A stretch of DNA of 64,000 nt from Ginglymostoma cirratum. Taxonomy: Eukaryota. Each line of letters begins with the position of its first letter. The stretch's first letter is position 1. The notes beneath the pieces are model-generated. The model ran no database searches and was not told the origin of the DNA. It worked only from the letters and a program-made list of their open reading frames with translations. The position numbers and the translations under genes are program-made. The stretch is taken from positions 14,054,535-14,118,534 of the forward strand of contig JAHRHZ010000013.1 of the NCBI GenBank assembly GCA_024137785.1, in the 5' to 3' direction. Shown here one piece after another: positions 49,944 through 62,262 of this stretch.

Positions 49944-52357
49944 GGGGAAGGCAATGCCCTAGTTGTATTATTGCTAGGCTATTAAACCAGAAACTTAATG
50001 AATGTTCTGGAGACCCAAGTTCAAATCCCACTATGGCAGATGGTGGAATTTGAATTCAATAAAAAAAATCTGGAATTAGAATCTACTGATAACCATGAAA
50101 TCATTGTTGATTGTCAGAAAAACCCATCTGCTTCACTGATGTCCTCCAGGGAAGGAAATCTGCCATCCTCACTTGTTCTGGCCTACATGCGACTCACAGC
50201 AATGTGGTTGACTCTCAGTTGTTCTCTGAATTGGCCTAGAAAGCCATTCAGTTGTACCACTCACTACAAAGTCTCAAAGAAATGTAACCAGACAGATCAC
50301 GTTGAACTAGGCACCAGAAAAGACAACGGCAGAAACAGCCCTGCCTACCCTGCAAAGTCTTCCTCACTAACATCTGGGGGATAGTGCCAAAATTGGGTGA
50401 GTGTCTCACAGACTAGTTAAGCAACAGCCTGACATAGTCATACTCATGGAATCATACCTTACAGACAATGTCCCAGACACAACCACCACCATCCATGGAT
50501 ATGTCCTGTCCCGCCAGCAGGACAGACCCAGTAGAGGTGGCAGCTCAGTGGTATACAGTCAGGAGGGAGTGGTTTTGGGAGTTTGAACATTGACTCTGGA
50601 CCCCATGAAGTCTCGTGGCTTCAGGTTAAACATGGGCAAGGAAATTGCCGATTACAATATACTGTCCTCCTGAGTGCTGGTGAATTGGTCCTCCTCCATG
50701 TTGAACAACACTTGGAGGAAGCACTGAGGATGGCAAGGACAGCAAATGTAACTCAATGAAGCCCCACCAAGAGTGGTTCAGCTGCAGTCCTACTGATCGA
50801 GCTGGTTCAGTCCTAAAGGACGTAGCTGCTAGATTGGGTCTGCAGCAGGTGGTGTGGGAACCAACAAGAGAGAAAAACATACCGGACTTCATCCTTACCA
50901 ATTTGCCGGCTGCAGATGCATCTGTCCATGACAGTATCGGTAAAAGTGACCACTTAACAGTTCTTGTGGAAACAATAACTCTATTGTGTTGTGTGGAACT
51001 ATCACCGTGCTAAATGGGACAGACTTCAAACAGATCTAGCAACTCAAGGCTCAGCATCCAAAAGGTGCTGTGGGCCATCAACAAAAGCAGAATTGTACTC
51101 TAACACAATCTGCAACAGCAAGGCTCAGCATACTCCCCCATTCAACTATTACCATCAAACGAGCCAATCAGCCCTGGTTCAATGAAGAGTCCAGAAGGAC
51201 ATGTCAGGAGCAGCACCAGGCATATCTAAACATGAGAAGTCAATCTGGTGAAGGTACCAAACTGTACCACTTTTTTCCTTTGTTCATTCACGGGATGAGG
51301 GCATCGCTGGCCAGGAAGCATTTATTGTCCATCGCTAGTTGCCCGGAGGGCAGTGAAGAGTCAACCATATTGCTGTGGGTCTGGAGTCACATGTAGGCCA
51401 GATCAGGTAAGGATGGCAGTTTCCTTCCCTAAAGGACATTAATGAAACAGATGGGTTTTTCCCGACAATCAGCAATGGATTTATGGTTATTATTAGACTC
51501 TCTTAATTCCAGATATTTATTGAATTCAAGTTCCACCATCTGGGATTCAAACCTGGGCCCCAGAACATTTTCTGGGTCTCTGGATTAACAGCCCAGTGAT
51601 AATACCACTAGGCCATCGCCTTCCCTTGTATGCCAAACAGCATAAGCATACGGGATCTCACAACCAACAGATCAGATCTAAACTCTGGAGACTTGCCGCA
51701 TTCAGTTGTGAATTTTGGTGGACAATAAAACAACTCACTGGAGGAGGAGGATCCACAAATATCCCCATCCTCAGTGATTGAAGAGCCCAGCACTTCAGTG
51801 TAAAAGATAAGGCTGAAGTATTTGCAGCAATCTTCACTTAGAACTGCTGAGTGGATGATCCATCTCAGCCTCCCACTGTGGTTCCCAGCATCACGGACGT
51901 CAGTCTTTAGCCAAATTGATTCATTCCACGAGACATTAATTAACAATTTGAGGCTATAGGCCCTGACAACATTCTGGCAATAGTACTAAAGATTTGTGTT
52001 CCTCCAGCCAAATTTCCAGCACAGTTACAACACTGGCCTCTACCCAACAATGTGGGACATTGCTCAGATATGACCTGTACATGGAATCTAACCTGACCAT
52101 CGACTGTCCCAGCAGTCTACTGTCAATCATCAGTAGAGTGATGGAAGGTGTCATCAACATCTATCAAACAGTATCTATTCCCCATTAACCTGTTCAGTGA
52201 TGCCCAGCTTGCTTTCTGCCAGGGTCGATCAGCTCCTGACCTCATCAGCGATGGTTCAAGAAGGCAGCTCACCACCACCTTCTGAAGGGCAGCTAGGGAT
52301 CGGTAATAATGTTGGCCAGCCATTAATGCCCCTGCCCCATGAGTGAATAAAACAAAA
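49944..52357 (+). mobile_element. CR1-group LINE with tRNA-derived 5' head, APE endonuclease and internally deleted RT
   Basis: A box and B box (gttcaaatcc 50019-50028). Endonuclease motifs PDIVILMESYL..GYVL..QDR..RGG, EPTREKNIPDFILTN and IGKSDH. RT start and 3' tail aaggcagctcaccaccacctt...gagtgaataaaa. Confidence 0.85.
51271..51625 (-). mobile_element. tRNA-derived SINE made of the head and tail of the LINE it sits in
   Basis: A box TGGCCTAGTGG (51605-51615) and B box GTTTGAATCC. Body is collinear with 49944-50228 and tail with 52287-52350. Confidence 0.85.
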
Positions 52358-53850
52358 TTGTTGAATGATGAGGCATATCAATAAAGGATGGCAACTACTG
52401 TTGCTGACTGCTTCTTTTCTATGCTGTTTCTCAATCCATCAATTTCATCTTTGTCTCTCTGTCTCACAATAACAAATGTTAATAATACAACCTCTATCTC
52501 TTAGATATTGGCAATTAAAATGTTTACTTTCTCAAATGATCACCAAGAACAGTCAGATGAATAACAACTTTCTGTTGGCTTCAAAATCTACCTTGCACCC
52601 TTTGTTTTGAATGCAGTCATCCCATTTTTCTCTTGCAGCTTAATATGCCTGCTGAACGTTGTAGAATACAAATGCTACAGCATACACTTATTCTTTTCTT
52701 ACCAGCTTTCTCATGTGTGTACATGTGCATAATAAATGCTACCTGAGCATATTTTTTGATATTTCTCCTTATTGCTTTTGCTGAAATGATTTTGAAAAAC
52801 AGCTAAGAAAATCTGCCAGATACAACAGAAAAATATTCCAAGGGCTCAGCTGACTGTATTGATATATTGTTGGCTTCGAGCCATCATGTGAAATTCGATG
52901 CAGTGCACAAGCATGAACTGTCCTGTCAACATTTAGCCAGCAGAATAATAGCTCTAGATTAGCAAGATGAATTTCAAACCTAGCCCTTCGAAAAGATTTA
53001 AATGAAGCCACCTACCATGAAAACATTAGATAAATTTGCCCTTTGTACTGTGAAATGTTAAACACTGCACAGTATTTGCTTGAGAATCATGCCAGAAATT
53101 GCAAGTACTATGAATAAAGTAATGATATATTTTTCCTCTCAGAAAGTCTTCTGATTTAATGAGTGATTTTTGGGTGGACAAGACAGCTGTCAACACCCTG
53201 AAAATCTGGATTACATGAAACTTCCTTGACACTCTCTCAGTCTGCTGCTGTAAATTTGCTGGAAAGACAGCAGAAACAAGTTCTCACCATAAATTACAGA
53301 AGTGGAACAACTCTAACAACGTTTTGGGTCTAACTGCAACATTGAATGCAAGATGTAACTTCCAAATTACTATTGAAATTCTTAACAGTTTTCCTCCTAA
53401 TGGTTACAAAGATTATCACTGTATGGATAATTTAATACTGGATTGTGCCCTGGTGATGGTGACAAAGGACTTCTGAATGCTCTACATTTAATACTGTAAT
53501 ATGTAGTTGTTTATTAGTTAGGAGGTAATTGACCATCCTTGCTCACAAAGGGAAACTGTAACTTAACATCAGCCATGCAGACAGGGCCTCTCACTGAAGC
53601 AGTGCTGCCATTCAAGGGCAATGTATAATTGTAAAGAGGAACAATTGGTCTATTTTGGTGCACAAAAGACACCACAACACAACTGGTATTTCCACACTAA
53701 TTCCAACTCCAGTGAGCCATCTTAACAGTATTCACAAAGCTCCGGTGTTTGCTGGATACATTTTACTTTTCATATGTCTGAGTGTATTGTACGCTCTCCT
53801 CTGAGTTTTGTAATGAGAAAGCAAATATGAATAAGAAACAATTTTCAAAC

Positions 53851-54136
53851 CATAGAGTCATAGATTCATACAGTGTGGAAGCAGACCCTTCGGCCTAACC
53901 AGTCCATGCCGACCATAATCCCAAACTAAACTAATCTCACCATCCATCGCTTGGTCCATATCCCTCCAACTCTTTCATATTCATGTACTCATCTAAGTGT
54001 CTTTTAAACACTGTAGCTGTACCTGCATCTACCACTTCCTTTGGAAGTTCATTCCACACACGATGTAAAAAATTTGCCCCTCATGTCTTTTTTAAATCTC
54101 TCTCCTCTTACCTTAAAAAAGTGCCAATAGTCTTGA
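53851..54136 (-). mobile_element. CR1 LINE 3' end
   Basis: catagagtcatagattcatacag terminal repeats; collinear with 24385-24680. Confidence 0.85.
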
Positions 54137-55506
54137 GTAACAACAGGTTGATAAAATACTAAGTGCAGCCTGCGTGAACAGAGCTCAGCCAATGCCAATT
54201 TTGGTTGGTAGACCAATGCCACCATTATGAGGTTTAATTCCTTTTGTGTGTTATTTTATCGCATTGATTAGTGTCCTTGCATTAAATTCCAATCACTGCT
54301 ACCTTTGACATGACTGCTAACTATTTAAATAAGCACAGAGGATGTGAAAACTTGCAATCACAGCAAAGATTCACAGGAAGTCCTTTTTTTAAAAGGGACA
54401 ATGTTTGCAGTGGAGTAAAGGGTTAATGATAGCTTCACTCTAAGATTAGCGCCTGAGCGTGTGCATAAAGAACTATTGAGAGTGGTATCAGATCATATTG
54501 AACCAGGACCCAAGCCTGTAGGGTTTTAGAGATTTCATCTCTTACTATTGCTTAAATTTACCTAAGTTCAACAGACCATGTTCATCGTCATTCCCCTGAG
54601 TGTACACATGATCTTACTACACAGTGGCAATGGTGAGCACACCCACAGAACTGGAGGCAAGTGACAAGGAGCTCCTGAAGTGAAGACTAGCAGCAGTACC
54701 GTGTTACCCTGAAGAACAAGGCCAGGCTGTGTTCTGACCATTGTCATTGGGGAAATCCTGAACAGCAGGCCAGGGGCGGGTGGTGGGAAGATTTCACGGC
54801 TCGCCTAGGTATGACAGCACGGTGTGGAAAACTTCACCCAATACTGACAAAATGTGAGAACAGCAGTAAACATGGCTAGCTGCAAAAATTCAGCCTTTCA
54901 CCTTGCGTAATAAATTGTCACAGATCAGACGCCTTCAGATAAATTGGAAAAGAAAGAGCCCTTTGAAGATCAGAATAGCAGAAGGTGTGAGAGAAACAAA
55001 ATGCAGTCAAGTCCATTAAAGGACCTTAACTGTGTGAATTCTGCCCAGACAGTATTGCGGGGAATCATGAGCACAAAGCAAAAGACCATTTCAGAGCTGG
55101 ATTAGTAGCATAGAATATTACAAATAGACATCAGTACATTGTAAATGCCTAGGATTGAGAGGATGCTGAGAAGCAGAATGAATTCCTCTTAGGGAAGTAT
55201 AAGAGGTCCACTTCAGGCTTTTAGCTCTCCTGATAATGCAGGCAGGCACACATGTTGAATTCTGGTAAGCAGATATTATGGGTAATAGCAAGAAAGCTAA
55301 TTTTAAATTTGATGTTGGGCCGATGTAGACCTTCTTTCAGATGTAATCCATAGTTGAGGCCAAAACATTCTCCAATGGCTTCCATTAAGAATGGGAGCTC
55401 AGAGAGTATTATTAATATTCTCTGCCACATGGGTCAGAGAATTAACAAACCACTCATTAGTAATATTGTCTAAGCAGTGACCCTGGACCATCTAATCTTG
55501 GATTCA

Positions 55507-55735
55507 GAGACAGTAAGAACTGTCGATGCTGGAGTCAACGGTAACACAGTGTGGAGCTGGAGGAACACAGTGGGCTAGGTAGCATCAGAGAAGCAGGAAA
55601 GCTGACGTTTTGGGTCAGGACCCTTCTTCAGAAATGAATACAGGTTTTCTGAAGAAGGGTCCTGACCCGAAACGTTAGCTTTCCTGCTCCTCTGATGCTG
55701 CCTGGCTTGCTGTGTTCCTCCAGCTCCACACTGTG
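55507..55735. mobile_element. Foldback Penelope-like mini-element with 14-bp TSD and two hammerhead-like cores
   Basis: TSD taatcttggattca at 55493-55506 and 55736-55749. Plus core 55649-55678 reads CTGAAGA-A-GGGT-CCTG-ACCC-GAAA-CG-TT-AG. Confidence 0.9.
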
Positions 55736-56184
55736 TAATCTTGGATTCAAATACTATTGCTCTGCTATTTCTTTTGAGCAGGATCCTGGCAAAACTATAG
55801 ACAAAACATCTGAAGGTTAAGTAACTTCCAACATTGTGGGCGAAGTGCAAAAGGTAGATGTCTGTAATCTTAAAGCAGTGGAAGAAGGGTTTATAGCAAT
55901 TTAATGACAAATTTAATGACAATTAGTCTTAACAAAGAGTCTCTTATTTTTAAGGATTTATATCAGTTCTGCCATTTCCATTTTGTAACAAGAGATCTAA
56001 TATGCTCAGTCTTATTGTTTGTTGGATCATTTCAACTCTGACAATCTCTTTCAAAATATTTTCTGTGTTGTCTCTGATGCTTCAATATACTTTTTAACAG
56101 GATCACACATTTTTTTTTTCACTTCACTGTGGCAATATTTGTAAATCGTACACTTTTAACTCCCCCAAACATCAATGAGATAAA

Positions 56185-56352
56185 TAGCTGGATAATTTGT
56201 TTTAGAGGCATTGGTTGAAGGATAAATATTTACCAGGACACCAGAAGTGCTCCTCTTTGATAACTTTAGGAGAACTTTTACACCAATCCTGAAAGTCAGA
56301 TTGGTTCTTAGCTTAATGCCTCATCCAAATAACAGAACCTTGGACAGTGCCA
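56185..56352 (-). mobile_element. DeuSINE fragment
   Basis: ggttgaaggataaatatttaccaggacacc...ggacagtgc, similar to 49600-49745. Confidence 0.6.
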
Positions 56353-56551
56353 TCAGTTAGTTCACTTGGCTGGACAGCTGGTTTGTGACGTAGGTGTTGC
56401 AACAGCAAGGATTTAGCTCCTATTCCAGCCGAGCTTACCATGAACTTTTTGACCTTACCCCTTGCTTGAAGTGTGGTGACCCTTAGGTTAAACTCACCAC
56501 CAGTTGTCTCTCTCGAATGAGAAAGCAGCCCCAGGGTCCTCTAGAACTATG
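56353..56551 (+). mobile_element. tRNA-derived SINE (family shared with 60350-60563)
   Basis: ggctggacagctggtttgtga...ttaaactcaccaccagttgtctctct...gcagcc. Confidence 0.7.
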
Positions 56552-57124
56552 CAGATTAATAGTTTCTGTAAGTCAATATTGGCAAGATCAATATTTGGCT
56601 TTTCATTAGCTTCTTGTAATTACTGGACAATCTGTAGGTGAGCTCTTTCTGTGTTGAGAAGTTTTTCTCTGATTATGTGAAGTTAGTGTTGATTTCCTTA
56701 CACTTTATTCTAAACGTGTGTTGCACACAGATAAGTTTTGCTACTAAATTGGGCATGTTATCCACAGCACCTGAAGCAATATTATGATACTGATTGTATG
56801 TTTTCATTGTTATAAATTTTTTACACAATATATACCAGGAGAAATGCATGTTATAAGGTGTAGTATGGCTCATATGATGTGATACTATGTATCCCTGCAA
56901 CAGTTACTCAATGATTTTATGTGCAATTTACACAGTTAGTGATCAATATCAGAGTGGGCTGAACTAAATTACATTTCTTGACATTACTTACTGGTTCACA
57001 GGCTAGGAACAATCATTTAGACGTACAAATTAATAAAGCAGTCGCATGAACGGTTGAAGGAATGTAATACAAAATTTTGGGAAAGAGTGCAATGTTAATA
57101 CACAGAAACCTATATATATATTAG

Positions 57125-57290
57125 AGATAAAAAGAACTGCTGATGCTGGAGTCTGAGATAACACAATAAGAAAGAATCTGGTCGGGACATTTCTTCAGAA
57201 AAATGAAGAAGGGTCCTGACCCGAAACGTCAGCTTTTCTGCTCCTCTGATGCTGCCTGGCTTGCTGTGTTCCTCCAGCTCCACCCTGTGT
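57125..57290. mobile_element. Foldback Penelope-like mini-element with 14-bp TSD
   Basis: TSD tatatatatattag (57111-57124) / tatatgtatattag (57291-57304). Plus arm reads TGAAGA-A-GGGT-CCTG-ACCC-GAAA-CG-TC-AGC. Confidence 0.85.
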
Positions 57291-58373
57291 TATATGTATA
57301 TTAGTATATCTAGATGAATATCAATAAATTTAAATCTTTCGTTCCCCATTGTAGGAGTCTGATTGCTTATTTATGTGGTTGTATGTATACGTTATTCAGT
57401 ATTTTTTCATTACCTCAAATTTTGCAGCACTAGGTGACTGTCTAGTTGGTGTAATAGTTTCAGCAGCCCTGAGGCTTCCTGTGTAATGAAGCCATTTTCT
57501 AATTTGATTACTGGTAGCTGCACTTGGTAGGGAAGCTTGATTTGTGCAACTCTTGGACTGGAAGCATATCGTGTGCCAATGATATTGCTTGCAATATTTT
57601 CCTATTTTTCCTGATCTGCCTCTTCAACACGAGTGTTACAGCAGCATTGAATAGAGATTCTTTGCAGTGGTGAAAACTTAGAGAAAAAAGTATTTGCATT
57701 GGCTGGCAACTTAAAAGAAGGGTCCCTACAGCCTCTTCACATTCTACATGTTCTGACAGCACTTTGAATTATGGCGCTGTAAAGTACCTACCCAATCTGT
57801 TAGTTTAATTACTGTACGGCTTGATTTGATCATTTATTTTTAGGCTATGGCAATTTTTTTTTCGCTAGTAAATATGCAGTTTTTGCAACTGCGTTCACTG
57901 ATCCCTGTCACTCAGTTGTTGCCAGCATGAAGCATTTTTCCAGTGGCATAGATCAATTTCCTGAATTTGAGTTTCAAATATTTGGCATCTTCATGTGTAA
58001 TAAAACATTATGAGCACAAGGTGGCAGAGTTCTATTTACATATTCATCAAATTTTACCTGGAAATTCTTAAAGCTGCAAATGATCTTCTTGTCTTCCTCC
58101 TGTTACTTGAAATATATTCAGGTGGGGCATCATGAGATTCAATATGGTTGAAATAAGCAGCCTGTGTCAATCTTTTCAATTGTCCTAAACTGAGAAAGAA
58201 CTGTCTATGCATTGACACTAGTAGGGAGTGGAATTGCTAATTTGTGTGGAAACATTTTTGATGGCGTTTTAAGGCAAAATATTTTGTAAATGAGGTGTGT
58301 TGGAAGTGCAGGCAAATAATACAATAATTGGACACATCAAAACACTTTTGATCAAGTTACCTCATCAGGTACT

Positions 58374-58811
58374 GAAAGCAAAAATTGCTGGAAATCACAG
58401 CGGGTCAGGCAGCATCCGTGGAGAGAGAGCAAGTTAACGTTTCGAGTGCAAGTGACTCTTCATTACAGCTCATGTGAAGCGTGGAGGGGGCAGCATTTAT
58501 GCAATAGTTTGGTGGTGGAGTGCTAGGGCAGAAATGGTGCTGATAGTGCAGATTAAGCGATCAGAGTGTGAGAATGGCAGAACAATGATGTGTCCGATTG
58601 CCAAACTGGAAAGAACAGACAGTCCTACTAGAATGGGGGGAGGGGAGAGAGGACACAGTGATAGAGAATTCAACAAGTAAAGCCAAAAGGCAGGGAATAA
58701 ATGGGAGCGAGTTCACAATCTGAAGGTGTTGAACTCAATATTAAATCTGGAAGTAAAGTGCCTTGAAAGATGAAATGTTGTTCCTCCAGTTTGCATTGTG
58801 TTTCGCTGGAG
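58374..58811 (-). mobile_element. Penelope-like element 3' end: endonuclease C-terminus, UTR and hammerhead-like motif
   Basis: Minus strand SSETQCKLEEQHFIF..GTLL..NIEFNTFRL* (typical RKLEEQHLIFRLGTL.P.GLN motif), followed by TAATGA-A-GAGT-cacttgc-ACTC-GAAA-CG-TT-AAC at 58432-58470. Confidence 0.8.
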
Positions 58812-58819
58812 ACAGAGGG

Positions 58820-58911
58820 TGGTGGTTAAAGGCTGTTTGTGCACTGGAGGCTGGAGCAGGGCTCAGTGCTGGGTCCCTTATTCTTTGTGATATACATAAA
58901 CAATATTGAAG

Positions 58912-58962
<51 letters not shown>

Positions 58963-59890
58963 CGGGAGTGGGTGTTTGAATGGTGGTGATTAGTCTGTGA
59001 GTGACACAAAGAAGGTCCAGGTTGTTGACAATGAGGAAGAATGTCTTAGATTAGAGGAGAATATAGGTAGATTTTCGGATGGACAGATCAGTGGTAATGG
59101 AATCTAACCCTGGCAAGTGTGAGGTGATGCACTTTGGAAGGTCTAACAAGATGAGGGAGTACTCAATGAATGGCAGGACTCTAGGAAAGTCAGAGGAACA
59201 AAGGGATCTTGGGGTGCTTGTCCACAGATCCCTGAAGACAGTCGGAGATGTTAATAGATAAGTTATGAAGGTAAAGGGGACACTTGTCTTTATAAGCTGT
59301 GGCATAGATTATAAGAGCAGGGAGCTTGTGTTGGCACTATATGAATTTTGGTTAGGTCACAGCTAGAGTATCGTGTGCAGTTCTGGTCACCACACTAAGG
59401 GAAGGCTGTGATGTGCTAGAGAGTCTGCAGTGGAGATTTACTAGGATCTTGCCTGGGATGGAGCAGTTTAGCTATGAAAAGAGGCTGGATAAGCTCAGGT
59501 TGTTTCTTTTAGAGCAGAGAAGGCTGAGAGGGGACCTGATTGAGGTACAATCACAAGGTGAAGGGACAGGATGGATAGGAAGCAGGTATTAACCCTTAGC
59601 TGACGGGTGAATAACAAAAGGGCATAATTTTAAGGTGAAGGGCCAGAGCTTTAAAGAGGGTCAAAGAAAAGAGCATATTCACCCAGAGGGTGCTAGGAAT
59701 CTGGAATATATTCTGGGAGTGGAGTTAAGGCAGTAAAACTCAGAACATTTACTTGGATTTACATGGATGAGAACTTGAAATCTCATAACATTCAAGGTTA
59801 TGGGCCAAGTCCTGGAAGGTGGGACTAGAGTAAATTTAGAGTGGTTTTTGTTAGTATGCACTTGATGGGCCGATGGGTACTCATTTTGAG
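58820..59890 (+). mobile_element. CR1 LINE 3' half
   Basis: QGSVLGPLFFVIYIN, NPGKCEVMHFGRSN, EEQRDLGVLVHRSLK and LEYRVQFWSP motifs, then a CR1 3' UTR. Confidence 0.9.
58914..58961. repeat. Perfect (GT)n microsatellite, about 24 units
   Basis: Seen directly. Confidence 0.95.
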
Positions 59891-60349
59891 TTCCACGTTG
59901 GGAATTCTCAGTGTTTAGTTTGCTTGCGGCTGGTATTAGGGATGTAAGTGCATATGCATGTAAGTGAGGAGGCAACATGCACGGTTGATAGGGCATTAAT
60001 GAGCAATAATCCCTTAAACATTAACTCAGTGTTGCTTAGTGAAAATCTCTCCTCAATGCCCAGAGCCTCCTTAACAGCTGCAGTGAGTTATTCCCAGTGT
60101 TAAGATAGATCTTACGACACTTTATGAGTGACTTTCCCACATTTCTCACCATAGCCCATGTTGTTCAAGCCCCTATATGATTCCACCCCAAGAGTCTAAC
60201 ATCCAGTGGCAGGGATCTGGCTAATAAAGAAAGACGGAAAAGCCTGGCTAGAAGATATTTGAGAGGGGATCTTAAAGAAGTTCTCAAGATTCTTAGGTAT
60301 ATGGAGAAAGCAAATCCAATACATCACTTTGAAGTCAATTGCAATATTT

Positions 60350-60563
60350 AATGGTAAAATCACCATCGTCATACTAGACCATAGGCTGCTTTTTCATTAG
60401 AGGGAGACAACTGGGGGTGGTTTAATCTGACGGTCGCCATGCATCAGGCGAGGGGAGAGGTTGAGAAGGAGAGTCCTACATGGTAACCACAGCCAGTACA
60501 GGAATTGAACCCATGCTGTTGCCATCCTTCTGCATCACAAACCAGCCATCCAGCCACCTGACC
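60350..60563 (-). mobile_element. tRNA-derived SINE
   Basis: B box ggttcaattcc on the minus strand; collinear with 56353-56551. Confidence 0.75.
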
Positions 60564-60821
60564 TGGGCCAAAGGAAAGATATTCAAACTAAAATCAGTGG
60601 ATTTGAAACTGATATACGAACCTGCCATGAATCAGGTGACTGTTCCCTCATCCGGCAACTTCAGAATGATGGGCAAATAGGGTTCAGGTCAGTTGTAAGA
60701 CAGCACTTACATCAAGATGCCTTCTACAGACTTACAGGCCCGGGAGGTCAGCATGCAGTTTAAATAAGTGTGGAGTTTCATCATGGTCACGGTTAATCCC
60801 ATCAGCTGAAAGGTGGTTTTT

Positions 60822-60836
60822 CCAGCAGGGGTCACT
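60822..60836 (+). promoter_or_regulatory. Candidate CTCF core motif
   Basis: CCAGCAGGGGTCACT versus consensus CCASYAGRKGGCRCY; motif match only. Confidence 0.3.
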
Positions 60837-61599
60837 GCATTGCAATCAGACACATTAACACAAATTGAAGTCTGTCTAATTAAGATTGTTTACCTTGATT
60901 TCTATTGGCTTTCTTACTGAGTATAGCTAACATCTCACAGACTGAGGAATAGCAGATCCTGTTGGTCTATTTAGTTTCGTCCCCTGTTAGAAAATACATT
61001 TACCAACTAAGTTATTCTACAGGTTTGTAACTCTAACTTTTAACAAGCTGGATTTTTACACTAGAAAGTTACTCATTAGTGAATTGTAAAATGAACGAAA
61101 GGGAAACATGTGATGATTAAAACTGAAGTCTGCAATCCAGCTGCATCCTATTTGTAAGAAACAACATTTAATTTTCTTTACAAAAAAATTCTTTCATAAA
61201 TGTAAACTAGTCTTTACTTCTATATGGATGAAAAATCAGGCTGTTGAACATTAATTCAATAACCTTGTGAAACACAAAACTGAAGATAAACTTGACAAGA
61301 TGAAAATCTACAAAAGGTTATATAAGCAAAGCAAGAAGACTGTAATTAGAAGATTAATAAATAATTGAAACCAAAACCAGATTATTTTAAAATTAAAACC
61401 AGTCTTGTGGCCTATCTAATATAGAATTAGGAATATGTTGCTGCACCTTAATGGTCTTTTAGATGCACTTTCCCTCTAAGTGCTGTGTTTCCCCAACAGT
61501 AAAAATGACCATTAGAAATATCTGCCAGATGTACCTTACCTGAAATCAGCTCAGTGTCATTTTTGTCAAGTTTCATAGAAGGTTTCTCTCTCTGAGGCC

Positions 61600-62262
61600 T
61601 AGTGACGGTCAAAATGCTCCAACTTGCGCACCTCTTCTGTTATTTCCCATTTTCTTTTTTTTTTGCCCCTTTTTTCCCCTTTGTGTCGGGTCCCGGCCTG
61701 GTCTCTCAGCGGCTTGTGGCAGCTCTCAGCCTGGTGTCTTGGTGGCTTGTAGTGGGTCCCGGCCTGGTCTCTTGGTGTCTCTTTGCCTGGTCTCCTGGCG
61801 GTATGTTGGCTGGTCTCTTGGCAGTTCATGACGTGCAAGTGATCCTGCCCAGGCACGCTCCTGAGGCACTGGGGGAGATCAGAGAGTCAGCAGTCCCAGC
61901 AGTAGTGACGGTATCTGCAGTGGTGGTGTCGAGAACAGACAGCCAATGTTTCCCCGGAGAACGAGATAAGCGGAAAGCTCACCAAAGACTGTTGAATTCT
62001 AACTTATTCATTTATTTTCCTAGTTTAAACTACGAAAGATTTTAACGTCAACTATTACCTATTTCCTTATTTTTCTACTATTCTATGAAGTAATGCTTAA
62101 CTTTTTAACTCCCATTTTTCTTACTATTTTGTGCCTAAATTTTTTTTGTACCTGGGTACCTAAGATGGTGCCATGTGTGGCAACATTATACACTTTTCAC
62201 TGTAGTTCTGTACTTCTGTACTTGAGTACACATGACAATAAAATCTAAAATCTAAAAATCTA
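61600..62262 (+). mobile_element. Non-autonomous retroelement with Rex1-like tail and internal repeats
   Basis: Internal repeats gggtcccggcctggtctct; tail cacttttcactgta...gagtacacatgacaata followed by (aaatcta)n. Confidence 0.6.

Noticed and set aside
55507-55735. Pre-miRNA or DNA-transposon MITE interpretation of the long hairpins
   Set aside because: Arms are unequal in length, match PLE 3' ends and also occur singly, which fits retrotransposition with inversion.
57508-57762. 84-aa minus-strand ORF in unique DNA
   Set aside because: No recognisable domain or convincing splice context.
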